Source: an uncultured virus (IMG/VR IMGVR_UViG_3300032288_004324) (Duplodnaviria; Heunggongvirae; Uroviricota; Caudoviricetes). Taken from it: a stretch of DNA of 64,000 nt. Below, in pieces: positions 1 through 9,576 of this stretch. The stretch lies in IMG/VR virus record IMGVR_UViG_3300032288_004324; one strand, 5' to 3'. The position numbers were made by a program, and so were the translations under genes. Numbering within the stretch: the first letter of the stretch is position 1; each line of letters starts with the position of its first letter. The notes beneath the pieces are model-generated. The model searched no databases and was not told where the DNA came from. It was given only the letters and a program-made list of their open reading frames with translations.

Positions 1-11
1 AGACCACTTTC

Positions 12-2360
12 ATGGACGAGGAAACATTTTTAGCTCCCTCTCCTCTTTTTAGAAATTCAGTTGATGAACCAGAATCAAATCCGCAAGAAATAACTGATTT
101 AGCAGGAAGAATTAGAGGAACTAAACCTTCTGGGCAAGGAGAAAAAGCTATAGATCTTATAACTGACCCATTATACCAGGCACAATTGACAACTATAGAT
201 AAGCTTAATGGCGGTAATTTTTATACAGGAACGGATTTCTTTTATGGAAGTAAATTTTTTATACAGAGTAGAGCACAACAAGGTGCTTTCCCTATGAATG
301 GTAGTGTAGGATATATGGGGGCTCAGGAATTTTTAGGACAAAGATCAACAAAAAGAAAACAGATGCTAAAAGCATTTAAAAAAGGCCTAAGATTTATCAA
401 CGAAAAATGCCCTTATTATTTTCAATCTGTAAGCGGGTTGGACGCATTACTTAAAGTAGATATAAAGAATTTACATAAAGAAGGAGGAAAACCTCAGAGA
501 ATGGGAACTTTATCTATAGATTGTTTAGAGTCAATAGACATGAGAATGTTTTCCCTATCTGAGCTTTATAGAAAAGCTATATACGACTATACTTACCACA
601 GAGTTATGTTGCCAGAGAATTTAAGAAAGTTTAGAATGTGGCTAGTTGTATCGGAGATAAGAAATATACAATTGTCTTATGGAATAAATGATATATTAAA
701 TCCTTTTTCTATACCTTCAGTAGCTCAGGCAGCAAATTTTTTAGATAACTTTAGTGCTCAAACTGGTCTGCTAGACAACACCGAGGGACTTTTACAAAAA
801 AGCACAAATAACGATTTAGCCACATCTGATAAATTCGGATCGTATACATTAGGACCATATGCTTTTATCTATCAATTCGATCAATGCGAGTTTGATTTTG
901 ACGATTCATATCCATCTTTTACTACTATAGATAATAAAGGAGGACAGGCAGTTACTAATAAATTTAAAATACACGTGGGTAGGGTTAAGGATTATAAGAT
1001 ACAATTTAATGCTTTGGCTGATGTAATGCAAAAGGATGATAATGTAAAATCAATGGTTCTTTCTGATGTTTGGGGATCAAGAAAAGAGAATTATACTGAG
1101 TATGATTATAAAGGAAACGCAGGTGTAGATAAAGTAACTTTTGATGATAAAGCAGATCCTAAAGAGTATTTTGCCTCTCTTGCTTCTAATTTTATAACAA
1201 ATAGCGTTGCTGATCTTAAAGAGCAGGGGATTACTATAGGTGATGTTAATTTAAGTGCAACTTCTTTACAGGGGGCTTTACTCGGAAATATATATGGTGT
1301 TGGTGGAATTAATCCAGCTTCTGCTTTAAGAAGCGTTTATTCCGTAGTTAATAATGTCCAAAATTTTATAGATAACGGGGTACCAAATCCCTTCGGTGAT
1401 AATAGCCCACAAGCTAGAGGTTTCGGTGGACCACTCGAGAGAGAAGAGAAGGGATTTTATAGAAATATCACAGATAATATAGATGCTTATCAATCTGTTC
1501 CGGGGTCTTCTCAAGAAAATTTAGGAAGTGCTTATAATGGATCCAATACACCTCCCGGAGGATTAGACGAGGATATTTATCCATCCAATCCTGGAAGTTC
1601 TTTAGGACTTCCAGATAGGGAATATCCTAAACCAGGTGGAGATGAATATAAGAATGTCCCTGGATCTGATCTAGGTGTTCCTGGAAGGGCTTACCCTTTA
1701 ATCAGAGGAGATGTTTACTCTACTAATCCTGGACCATCTCTTGGATTGCCTGATAGACAATATCCAGAGCCAGGAGGGGATGAATATAATACTAATCCAG
1801 GATCTAGCTTAGGAGTTCCTGATAGAGTTTATCCAGAACCAAAAGAAGATTTATACCCTGAAAGTAATCCAGAATATCCTAAAATATCAGAGGATGTTTA
1901 TGTTGATCCTCCTAAACCAGATACGCAGAATATTGGTGATGTTTATCCTGAATCAAATAATGAATATCCTGATATTATTAAAAATGAATACGAAATACAG
2001 GAAAAGCCTGAGGTTAATAATATAGGAGACGTTTACGAGGAAGACAGAAATGAGTACTCACAAATAAACGAAAGGTTATATAAGGATGAAATTAATTTGG
2101 AGAATTTACCTTTAGGTGAAGTTTATGATAAAGATAAGATTGTTTATGGACAAATAAATGATGACGAATATAAAGAATCAGGATCGTTTAGAAATGAATT
2201 AAATGAGGATGTTTATAAAACGGTACCTGGTAGAGATTTAGGAGTACCTGGTAGAAATTATAATTCGTTAAATGATGACGAATATAAAATAGATAACTCA
2301 ACAGTAAATGTTTCTAGGATAGGAAGAATTTATCCCTCGTCCAATAATGAAAACAATTAG
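12..2360 (+). CDS. Putative baseplate/tail-tube-fold virion protein with C-terminal Pro/Gly/Tyr repeats (may be 5'-truncated; frame is open to the window edge)
   Basis: 782-aa ORF immediately upstream of the gp5-like gene. Segments TLSIDCLESIDMRM...LRKFRMWLVVSE and YQFDQCEFDF...KFKIHVG resemble tube-fold proteins. ~23-aa PGSxLGxPxRxYP repeats in the C-terminal third. Confidence 0.4.
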   Translation: MDEETFLAPSPLFRNSVDEPESNPQEITDLAGRIRGTKPSGQGEKAIDLITDPLYQAQLTTIDKLNGGNFYTGTDFFYGSKFFIQSRAQQGAFPMNGSVGYMGAQEFLGQRSTKRKQMLKAFKKGLRFINEKCPYYFQSVSGLDALLKVDIKNLHKEGGKPQRMGTLSIDCLESIDMRMFSLSELYRKAIYDYTYHRVMLPENLRKFRMWLVVSEIRNIQLSYGINDILNPFSIPSVAQAANFLDNFSAQTGLLDNTEGLLQKSTNNDLATSDKFGSYTLGPYAFIYQFDQCEFDFDDSYPSFTTIDNKGGQAVTNKFKIHVGRVKDYKIQFNALADVMQKDDNVKSMVLSDVWGSRKENYTEYDYKGNAGVDKVTFDDKADPKEYFASLASNFITNSVADLKEQGITIGDVNLSATSLQGALLGNIYGVGGINPASALRSVYSVVNNVQNFIDNGVPNPFGDNSPQARGFGGPLEREEKGFYRNITDNIDAYQSVPGSSQENLGSAYNGSNTPPGGLDEDIYPSNPGSSLGLPDREYPKPGGDEYKNVPGSDLGVPGRAYPLIRGDVYSTNPGPSLGLPDRQYPEPGGDEYNTNPGSSLGVPDRVYPEPKEDLYPESNPEYPKISEDVYVDPPKPDTQNIGDVYPESNNEYPDIIKNEYEIQEKPEVNNIGDVYEEDRNEYSQINERLYKDEINLENLPLGEVYDKDKIVYGQINDDEYKESGSFRNELNEDVYKTVPGRDLGVPGRNYNSLNDDEYKIDNSTVNVSRIGRIYPSSNNENN

Positions 2361-2382
2361 TTCAATCCTTATATAATTAAAA

Positions 2383-3294
2383 ATGGGATTAGTAGATAGA
2401 AATAAATTAGAAAAACCCAATATTGAGATTTCTCACTATTTGGGTGTCGTTGTGGATAATAAAGATCCTGAATTTAAGTGTAGAGCTAAAATAAGGGTAT
2501 TTGGTGTTTTTGATTCTTCTATACCCGATGAGGATCTTCCTTGGGCACATCAAAGATTTGAACAAAGCTATGGATTAGGTGGGGGATCGGGGAGAATGTC
2601 AGTTCCAAAATTGGGATCTGTAGTTCATGTTCAATTTAATAATGGAAATTATTATAGTCCAGAATATAAAGCTGTTCAAGAACTTGCTCCTGATTTAATA
2701 GAGGAAATAAGAGCTAGCTACGATGGTGCTCATTCCATTATATATGATGGTATAGAAAGACTTAAAATGTATTATACAGTTGAAAAAGGTCTTGTAATAG
2801 ATTTAAAAGAATCTAAAATTATAATAAGAAATGATAACTCTATTTTAATAACACATGCTGACGATACATCCTCTATAGAATTAAAAGGAGGAAAAATAAC
2901 TAAGTATGCGGATCAAGAAATAGAAAATACTGCTATAACAAGAATCAAGCATAGTTCTGAAGAAGTTTGGATGGACGGAAAAACAACCAATCTTGGTCAC
3001 TCTCCATTGTTTTCTGCTGTTTGCGCGGAACCTCTTTGGGACTTTCTTAAGAAATTAGCAATATCAGTAGATAGTAAACTTCCAGCTACACCTGGAGTTA
3101 ATTCCACTTTAGCATCTAGTTTTGAACAACTTGCTACAAGTCAAACAGTTAGAGTAACAAGAGAAAATGCCCCGGACTTCCCTGTTGTTCCTATAAATAA
3201 TGATTCGCCTGTAGGTATACCAAATTCAACAGGAGCAGGGGTAACTGGATCTGCTACTGGTCCTACAGGATCTACTGGAATAACAGGAGTTTAA
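2383..3294 (+). CDS. gp5: Baseplate hub/central spike protein, T4 gp5/VgrG-like OB-fold (no lysozyme domain)
   Basis: YLGVVVDNKDPEFKCRAKIRVFG...LPWA...SVPKLGSVVHVQF is the gp5 N-terminal OB-fold signature; followed by short beta-strand repeats. Confidence 0.8.
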   Translation: MGLVDRNKLEKPNIEISHYLGVVVDNKDPEFKCRAKIRVFGVFDSSIPDEDLPWAHQRFEQSYGLGGGSGRMSVPKLGSVVHVQFNNGNYYSPEYKAVQELAPDLIEEIRASYDGAHSIIYDGIERLKMYYTVEKGLVIDLKESKIIIRNDNSILITHADDTSSIELKGGKITKYADQEIENTAITRIKHSSEEVWMDGKTTNLGHSPLFSAVCAEPLWDFLKKLAISVDSKLPATPGVNSTLASSFEQLATSQTVRVTRENAPDFPVVPINNDSPVGIPNSTGAGVTGSATGPTGSTGITGV

Positions 3295-3295
3295 T

Positions 3296-6200
3296 ATGGC
3301 TGAAGATATAGGATCTAGAATAGATGAATTATTAGGTAAGGATTTTTCTGAAATGTCCACGGACCAGATATTAAACATAATATCGGGAGGCCAGAATTTT
3401 AATATACCATATGAGGACTTACAATCTAAAGAAGGATTTGAAAAAGAACTGGAGAAAAACCAGAAAGAGGTTAACAATATAATAAATAGTTTAAAACCTC
3501 AATCCCCTCCAATACCATTAAAAAAAATAGAGGATCTTGCTTGTAAATATGAGGGAGATGATCTATATAGTAGAATACTATTAGAGTCTATAAAAAAAGA
3601 AGATAAAAAATTATACAACGAGCTTATAAATTCGGAAGATTATAAGAATAATCTATCTATAACAGAAAAGGATCTTGGTGTTAGTGTTAGGAATGGAGAT
3701 CTAGGTTTTTCTAAAAAAATACCATCATCAGGGATAACCAAATACATTAGAGGAAAAAATCAAGATTTATTAGAAAAAATAAACGAGAAAATATTTGATA
3801 ACATAGATCCTCTAATATTAGGAAAGCCGTCTAATTCAGGATCTAAGAAAAAAAGAAAAATGAAAGTTCTGGGGTTTGATATACCACTAGAATTTATAAT
3901 GAATAAAACACAAATAGTTCACGTAAAAATAGGAGGAGACGAATTAAGTATAGACGGTGCTTTAGAAAAAATAAACGGACTATTAAAAACACAAAATCAA
4001 AATACTAATCCTTGCGATTTTAAAGATTTTGATGATACTGATAATATTACAGGATCTGGAAGAATAGATGGATTTGATTCTAATTTTTTTCCTGATGGCG
4101 ATGATCCTATTATAGATGATGATTGTTTACCTGGAATACCTGAAGATCCTATAACTGGAGATCCTATATTAACTAAGGCTTCTTTTGAAGATATACTTGA
4201 TGAATTTTGTGATCCGCCATCTTATGAATTTAATAGGGAGACTTTACCAGACCCACAACCATCTCCGGTAGATGTCGATGCAATAGATTCTTGTATATCA
4301 TCTGCATTAGATAAGAGTAAAAAACTAGAGGATGATATAAAACTATTAGCTAGATGGCAAAATTTAGAAAGAGGATTGGAAGAGGTTTTATATCATTATG
4401 AGGGAATATATGAATATCAGAAATCTTTATATGAAAATTTTATTTCAAGAATTCCTAAAAATGAAGGAGGAGATCCCACTGATTTCGGAATAGGTATAGA
4501 AATACTAACGTATAGCGATCAAATAAAAGCGTATAAAGAAGAATTAATAGATCAAAATAGAAAATATAAGGCAGACAAAAATATCTTCTTAGAGAACAAT
4601 AATATATTTACGGAGGACTTATTTTTATTAAACGTATATGATACAGAATTAAATGATTCTGAATTGGAAGAACTTTTCAACGATCAAATAAATGCAAATA
4701 AATCTCCTATAAATTATGATGAATCTACGGCATCTTGGCCAGTTTCTGAAGGAATAATAAAATTTAAAGAAAATTTAGAAGATATAAGAATAATAATTAT
4801 AGAAGGAAACTTCATTGATATTTTAGAAAATAAAATAAAAGAAACAGAAAGCTTATTAAATTCTTCTATTTCTACTTTAGAGGAAAGAAAAAAAGTTTCA
4901 GTTAGTGTATCAGATGTCGAGAAATCTTTTATTCCATCAAATACTGCAACATCAGATTTATATGGACAGGGAAATTCTGCATTAGATATAAATGAGAGGG
5001 TTTTTAAAAGTAGTTTACAGAATCTAGCAACTGGGCTTTCTTATACTTATGATTCTTACGGATATGATTTTTTAGAGGCTTTAAAAAAATTCTCAGTAAG
5101 ATACGATACTAAATTTGTAAAGTCATTAGGAGAATTACAGTTTGAATTATCTTTTCTGTCAGATTATGGATCGCCTATTCCGTACAAAAAAGTTAAAAAA
5201 CCTGGTAAGATTACTTTTTCAGGGAAATCTTCTGAACCACTGACTGAGATAAATGAACCAGATATAGAAAGAATAAAAATAGGAAATGAGTATTCTTCTG
5301 GCGGGGGAATATTAGGTGGAACTAAGGCTGAGTATTTAACGTCTTATCAGTTTATAAAGATAAAAAATATAAAAACCGGATTTCCTGATGTTGCTAAATT
5401 TTATGATTTTATAGAAAAAATAATAAAAACAAATGATTCTAAGCAATCTATAATAGATAAAATTGTGGAGGATCGGGGGATATTATATGGACACCTTATA
5501 GAAAAATCTGCATCTAATTGGCTTTTCTTTACTTCTGAAGAAAGGGGGGATAATGATGCTAGGGATCCTTCCAAAAACAGACCTTCTAGTTTTACACAGG
5601 ACGGAGAGCCAACCCCAGTTTTTACTAATTTCTATAGTGATTTTAAACCAAAATGGGACGAAAAATATAGACTGAATAAATCAATTTACATAGATCCAGC
5701 TATAAAAGATATAAAAACTAAAGCAATAAAAGCTGGGGAGGGATTAGCAAAAACCCTACCTGCATCGGATGTAATAGGAATTAGAATATACGAGAATTAT
5801 TTAGATGTAAAAAATAAATATGAACAGATAAGAGATAATATGCTTATAGCATCTCAGAAGGTTTCTGAGTTAAGTGACTCGATCAGTCCTGATAATGTTA
5901 AAAAAAGATTCTCTGATGTTAAATGCGCAGGGGCAGAAGAAACTCCAGCAAACGATGAAGATCCTGAAAATTGTCCTCCTGTATGTTGTGGAGAACCTGG
6001 TTCAGATTTTAAAACAAATAACTATTTGCTATCTTCCCCTCCTAGCTCAGATTGCCCTACTATTTTTCAAAGGTGTTGGTGGAAGCAATTTTGTAAAGAC
6101 GTAACAAAAGTTGGTCTTCTCCCGTATCCTAACGGGTTACCGCCTATCGAGGATAGTAAATATTTTTTAAGCCCTGGTCCTAGTGTTAGATTGGGTCTTA

Positions 6201-8407
6201 AATATTGGCCGGTGGGATATCTACCCCCTGCTTTTATACCTATACCCTTCCCTAACCCTATAGACGGAAATCCTTACATAAGAATACCTCTTCCAATGAT
6301 ATGGACCACGGTTCCTCCTATTTTAATACCTCTTCCTTTTAATCTTGGTATTTTGGTTATATTCATTCCTTTCATAGGAGGATTTATGCCTACTCCTTTA
6401 GTTTATATAAAAGAGTTTTTAACGGGGAGCTCTTTTTTTCTTACTGGGATAAGAGGACCTAGATTTATACCTAGAAAATCCGATCCTGTTATAAAAGATC
6501 CTTTTGAAAAAATAAAACAGGCTTTATCTTTTGGTATACCTGATAAATTAATACCACTTCCTGGATTTGGATTAGATAACCAAGATTCAAAGGGAAGAGT
6601 TCTAGAAGGAATAAGGTCTAATTTATCCAAAATATTTGATAGTGTTCCTCCTCCAGGTGATATACAACAAATTAGAGAACTTCAACAGAAGGAAAGAGAA
6701 CTTAAAAAATCTATACGGGATAAAGAAAGAGACTATAAAAATAAAATAGCTCTTTTGGATGTTCCTAAACCAGATTTAACAGCAGAAAAGGAGCAGTTAG
6801 ATCTTTTAATAAACCAGAGGAAGGAATCTTTAAAATCTGTAATAAAAAATTATCTGGATAAAAGTATACCCGATCCTAAGTCTATTTATTTTCCTAAGGA
6901 TAAGGATAAATTAAAAATAGACATTCCTGGTATAATAAGATCCCTAAGAATATTAAAGGAGATGAAAGCTAGCTTAGTTCCTATAGATTGCCCGAATTTT
7001 ATAAATTTTAAAGATGAGATGAGAGAGGTTCTTAAGCTTATGAAAATAGTTTGTCCTCCTAAATATTTCATAGAGAACTTTGAGGTTGCTAATTCTAGTA
7101 AAATATTTTTAAGAAAAAATAAAGATCCTAGGCTCATGACTGAGGATGAGTTTAAAGATCTTGTTAAACAAATAAGAGGCGTTTCGTTAATAATAACTAA
7201 GATTATTCTGTGGGGAAATAGATTTTCCGTTATTAAAAAAGTTAGAGACGGAGCATTTTCTTTGGTTGAGAGTAGTGAGTTTGAAGGAGTTTTTAAATTT
7301 CCGGAAATAAAAATAACTAATTCAGCACCAAGGACATTAAAATTTTTAAGAAAGAAAAATCCTATTATAGAAGCTATTAAGTTTAGAATAATGGAGGGTC
7401 TTTCTAAAATAAAATATAACAGGGAAGATTTTTCTAGGTATGTTAGATATGACGGCGAAAATCCGATATTGGTTATAAGAGTAAAGGATTTAAAGAAACT
7501 TGTTTCTAAAAAACTCGGTCTTAGTAGAATAGGACCATTTGATCCGGTTAGGCCACTTGACGAGGAAGATCCTTTAATATCTAATTTCCCTTATCCAAAA
7601 GGACCTCTTTCGTGTTTAAGCTCTCTCAATGGTGGATTTGGTAATGCGGTTGCTGCTTTTGAAATGCCTACGGTTTTCCCTCTTAAACAGGATCAATTAA
7701 CACAAACTCCAGGGCTTGGGGGAATTATTCAAGTAACTATACCAGGATCCAAGATAAAATCTTTTCTTATTGAGGCTTTATTAAAGAGCTTAGATAATGG
7801 ATCTTTGGAATCGATTATGCCAGAAATAAAGGATGTTAATTCTCCCAAATTTTTAAATCTTAATCCAGAGGACATTCAAAAAATGTCCAAGAATCTAGTA
7901 TTAGATCTGATCAATCCAGAATCTCCTGATGTACCAGCATTTTTAAATATTTTAAATATACCGGTATTTCCCCCAGCTAGGCCAACCGATATGATAGAGC
8001 AAGCTTTAATAGGTTTAGGTGCTCCTCCTCCTGCTAGAATAGTATACAGTTTATTTTGGGAGTATTACAAAAGTCTACCTAAAACACCTCTAGGAGATAA
8101 ATTAGTATTTCCTAAGGTTTCTGCTTCTGCAGAACTACTTGCTAAAATTCCTTGGCCTTTGGCTGTTTTAATAGGAAGAAATGTTCTAAATCTACTAAAT
8201 CCTATAATAATGAGTGACGACCATCCTGCTTGGAGAAGGATGAGTTTAAGAAACACATATTATGTTGTTTATATAGATGAATTTTTAAGAAGTGCAGCGG
8301 ACGTTTCTGGACTATTTAAATTCTTTTTAGGATCTGCTGATCCTGTTTACCCTATTCCAGAATTACCTTCTGAATTAAAAAAAGCTTTTAATTTAAAAAA
8401 ATATTAA
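3296..8407 (+). CDS. Large hypothetical virion-associated protein (1703 aa) with coiled coils, a Cys cluster and a Pro-rich hydrophobic segment
   Basis: Long ORF starting 1 nt after the gp5-like stop; no family recognised. Confidence 0.5.
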   Translation: MAEDIGSRIDELLGKDFSEMSTDQILNIISGGQNFNIPYEDLQSKEGFEKELEKNQKEVNNIINSLKPQSPPIPLKKIEDLACKYEGDDLYSRILLESIKKEDKKLYNELINSEDYKNNLSITEKDLGVSVRNGDLGFSKKIPSSGITKYIRGKNQDLLEKINEKIFDNIDPLILGKPSNSGSKKKRKMKVLGFDIPLEFIMNKTQIVHVKIGGDELSIDGALEKINGLLKTQNQNTNPCDFKDFDDTDNITGSGRIDGFDSNFFPDGDDPIIDDDCLPGIPEDPITGDPILTKASFEDILDEFCDPPSYEFNRETLPDPQPSPVDVDAIDSCISSALDKSKKLEDDIKLLARWQNLERGLEEVLYHYEGIYEYQKSLYENFISRIPKNEGGDPTDFGIGIEILTYSDQIKAYKEELIDQNRKYKADKNIFLENNNIFTEDLFLLNVYDTELNDSELEELFNDQINANKSPINYDESTASWPVSEGIIKFKENLEDIRIIIIEGNFIDILENKIKETESLLNSSISTLEERKKVSVSVSDVEKSFIPSNTATSDLYGQGNSALDINERVFKSSLQNLATGLSYTYDSYGYDFLEALKKFSVRYDTKFVKSLGELQFELSFLSDYGSPIPYKKVKKPGKITFSGKSSEPLTEINEPDIERIKIGNEYSSGGGILGGTKAEYLTSYQFIKIKNIKTGFPDVAKFYDFIEKIIKTNDSKQSIIDKIVEDRGILYGHLIEKSASNWLFFTSEERGDNDARDPSKNRPSSFTQDGEPTPVFTNFYSDFKPKWDEKYRLNKSIYIDPAIKDIKTKAIKAGEGLAKTLPASDVIGIRIYENYLDVKNKYEQIRDNMLIASQKVSELSDSISPDNVKKRFSDVKCAGAEETPANDEDPENCPPVCCGEPGSDFKTNNYLLSSPPSSDCPTIFQRCWWKQFCKDVTKVGLLPYPNGLPPIEDSKYFLSPGPSVRLGLKYWPVGYLPPAFIPIPFPNPIDGNPYIRIPLPMIWTTVPPILIPLPFNLGILVIFIPFIGGFMPTPLVYIKEFLTGSSFFLTGIRGPRFIPRKSDPVIKDPFEKIKQALSFGIPDKLIPLPGFGLDNQDSKGRVLEGIRSNLSKIFDSVPPPGDIQQIRELQQKERELKKSIRDKERDYKNKIALLDVPKPDLTAEKEQLDLLINQRKESLKSVIKNYLDKSIPDPKSIYFPKDKDKLKIDIPGIIRSLRILKEMKASLVPIDCPNFINFKDEMREVLKLMKIVCPPKYFIENFEVANSSKIFLRKNKDPRLMTEDEFKDLVKQIRGVSLIITKIILWGNRFSVIKKVRDGAFSLVESSEFEGVFKFPEIKITNSAPRTLKFLRKKNPIIEAIKFRIMEGLSKIKYNREDFSRYVRYDGENPILVIRVKDLKKLVSKKLGLSRIGPFDPVRPLDEEDPLISNFPYPKGPLSCLSSLNGGFGNAVAAFEMPTVFPLKQDQLTQTPGLGGIIQVTIPGSKIKSFLIEALLKSLDNGSLESIMPEIKDVNSPKFLNLNPEDIQKMSKNLVLDLINPESPDVPAFLNILNIPVFPPARPTDMIEQALIGLGAPPPARIVYSLFWEYYKSLPKTPLGDKLVFPKVSASAELLAKIPWPLAVLIGRNVLNLLNPIIMSDDHPAWRRMSLRNTYYVVYIDEFLRSAADVSGLFKFFLGSADPVYPIPELPSELKKAFNLKKY

Positions 8408-8414
8408 TTTCTTG

Positions 8415-8443
8415 GAAATTTTAATGCAATTTTATAGTATAAA
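8415..8443 (+). promoter_or_regulatory. Putative early/middle phage promoter GAAAY-N18-TAWAA
   Basis: GAAAT at 8415 and TATAAA at 8438, upstream of the S1 gene; same spacing recurs at five or more other non-structural genes. Confidence 0.55.
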
Positions 8444-8463
8444 CCAATACAAACCCAAATAAT

Positions 8464-9573
8464 ATGAAAAATAAAAATTTTAGTTTTTTCGAATATGAAT
8501 TGGAAGAAAGAGAAAAACTAGCTTCCCTTTACGGAAACACATTTCCAGATGATTCATCAAAAATATCAGGAAAAGACTTACAAAACAATTCAGTAGAAAA
8601 AATTACGATAACATCTGTTGATCCTGATAAAGGATTAGCTTTAGGAGAAACTTCTTTTGGCCAGACTATAGTAATAGATACAAAGAAGGAAGAAAAGAAT
8701 ATGAGGAAACTTGGATACCCTGCTATTGAGATGGATCCGGGACACGTATTAGACGTTGTAATAACTAAGGATTCTTCAGGATCTTTTAATGGATCTGTTT
8801 CTGCAGGATATGAGAAAGCTCTTAAAAAAGAACTACACAGATCGATAAAAGCTGAAGACTGCGCTTATAAAGTTAAAGTTAAAAATGTGTGTAATGGAGG
8901 ATTTATGGTAGATCTATCAGGTATTGAATGTTTTCTACCAGGAAGTTTAGCTGCAGCAAATAGAATTATGAACTTCGCTGATTATGTAGGAAAAGAACTA
9001 AACGTAATGGTGGAAGTTTATGATCAGAAGAGAGATATTTTTGTTGTTTCTTTCAAGAAATATTTAAGAAAAATTATAGATCGTGCGGTTCAGGATTTAT
9101 CTTTTTCTAATAAGTATATAGGTAATGTTACAGGATTATCAGGAAACGGAGTATTTGTAGAATGGGATGATATCTATACAGGAATCATACCTATAGATGA
9201 TACAAATAGGGAAAATCTGGAAAAATATAAAGCTGGGGATAGCATAGAATTTTATGTAATAGACATTAAAAATCCACAGAGAATAAATTTATCAGTTACA
9301 CAACCTAACGATAAGATGAAAAATATCCAAGAAATGAAGGATACTTCTTCCGAAGTTTTAGGGGAAAATACCGATTTGAAAATATATAAAGGAGAGGTTA
9401 CTAAAATTAAAACTTTCGGTATTTTCGTAAAAATGGAAAACGGTCTAACTGGTCTCATCGAAAAAGAAAAATTAGTAAACTCTATTAAAGAATATGAGGT
9501 TGGAGAATCGGTTGATTTTTCGATCTTGAGTGTGGATAGTTCCACCCTTAAAATACAATTAATAGAGAAATAA
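8464..9573 (+). CDS. Multi-S1-domain RNA-binding protein (ribosomal protein bS1-like)
   Basis: S1 repeats: VKNVCNGGFMVDLSGIECFLPGSL (close to bS1 domain 2 GGFxVDLxGVxAFLPGS), GNVTGLSGNGVFVEW, GEVTKIKTFGIFVKMENGLTGLI. Confidence 0.8.
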   Translation: MKNKNFSFFEYELEEREKLASLYGNTFPDDSSKISGKDLQNNSVEKITITSVDPDKGLALGETSFGQTIVIDTKKEEKNMRKLGYPAIEMDPGHVLDVVITKDSSGSFNGSVSAGYEKALKKELHRSIKAEDCAYKVKVKNVCNGGFMVDLSGIECFLPGSLAAANRIMNFADYVGKELNVMVEVYDQKRDIFVVSFKKYLRKIIDRAVQDLSFSNKYIGNVTGLSGNGVFVEWDDIYTGIIPIDDTNRENLEKYKAGDSIEFYVIDIKNPQRINLSVTQPNDKMKNIQEMKDTSSEVLGENTDLKIYKGEVTKIKTFGIFVKMENGLTGLIEKEKLVNSIKEYEVGESVDFSILSVDSSTLKIQLIEK

Positions 9574-9576
9574 AAA

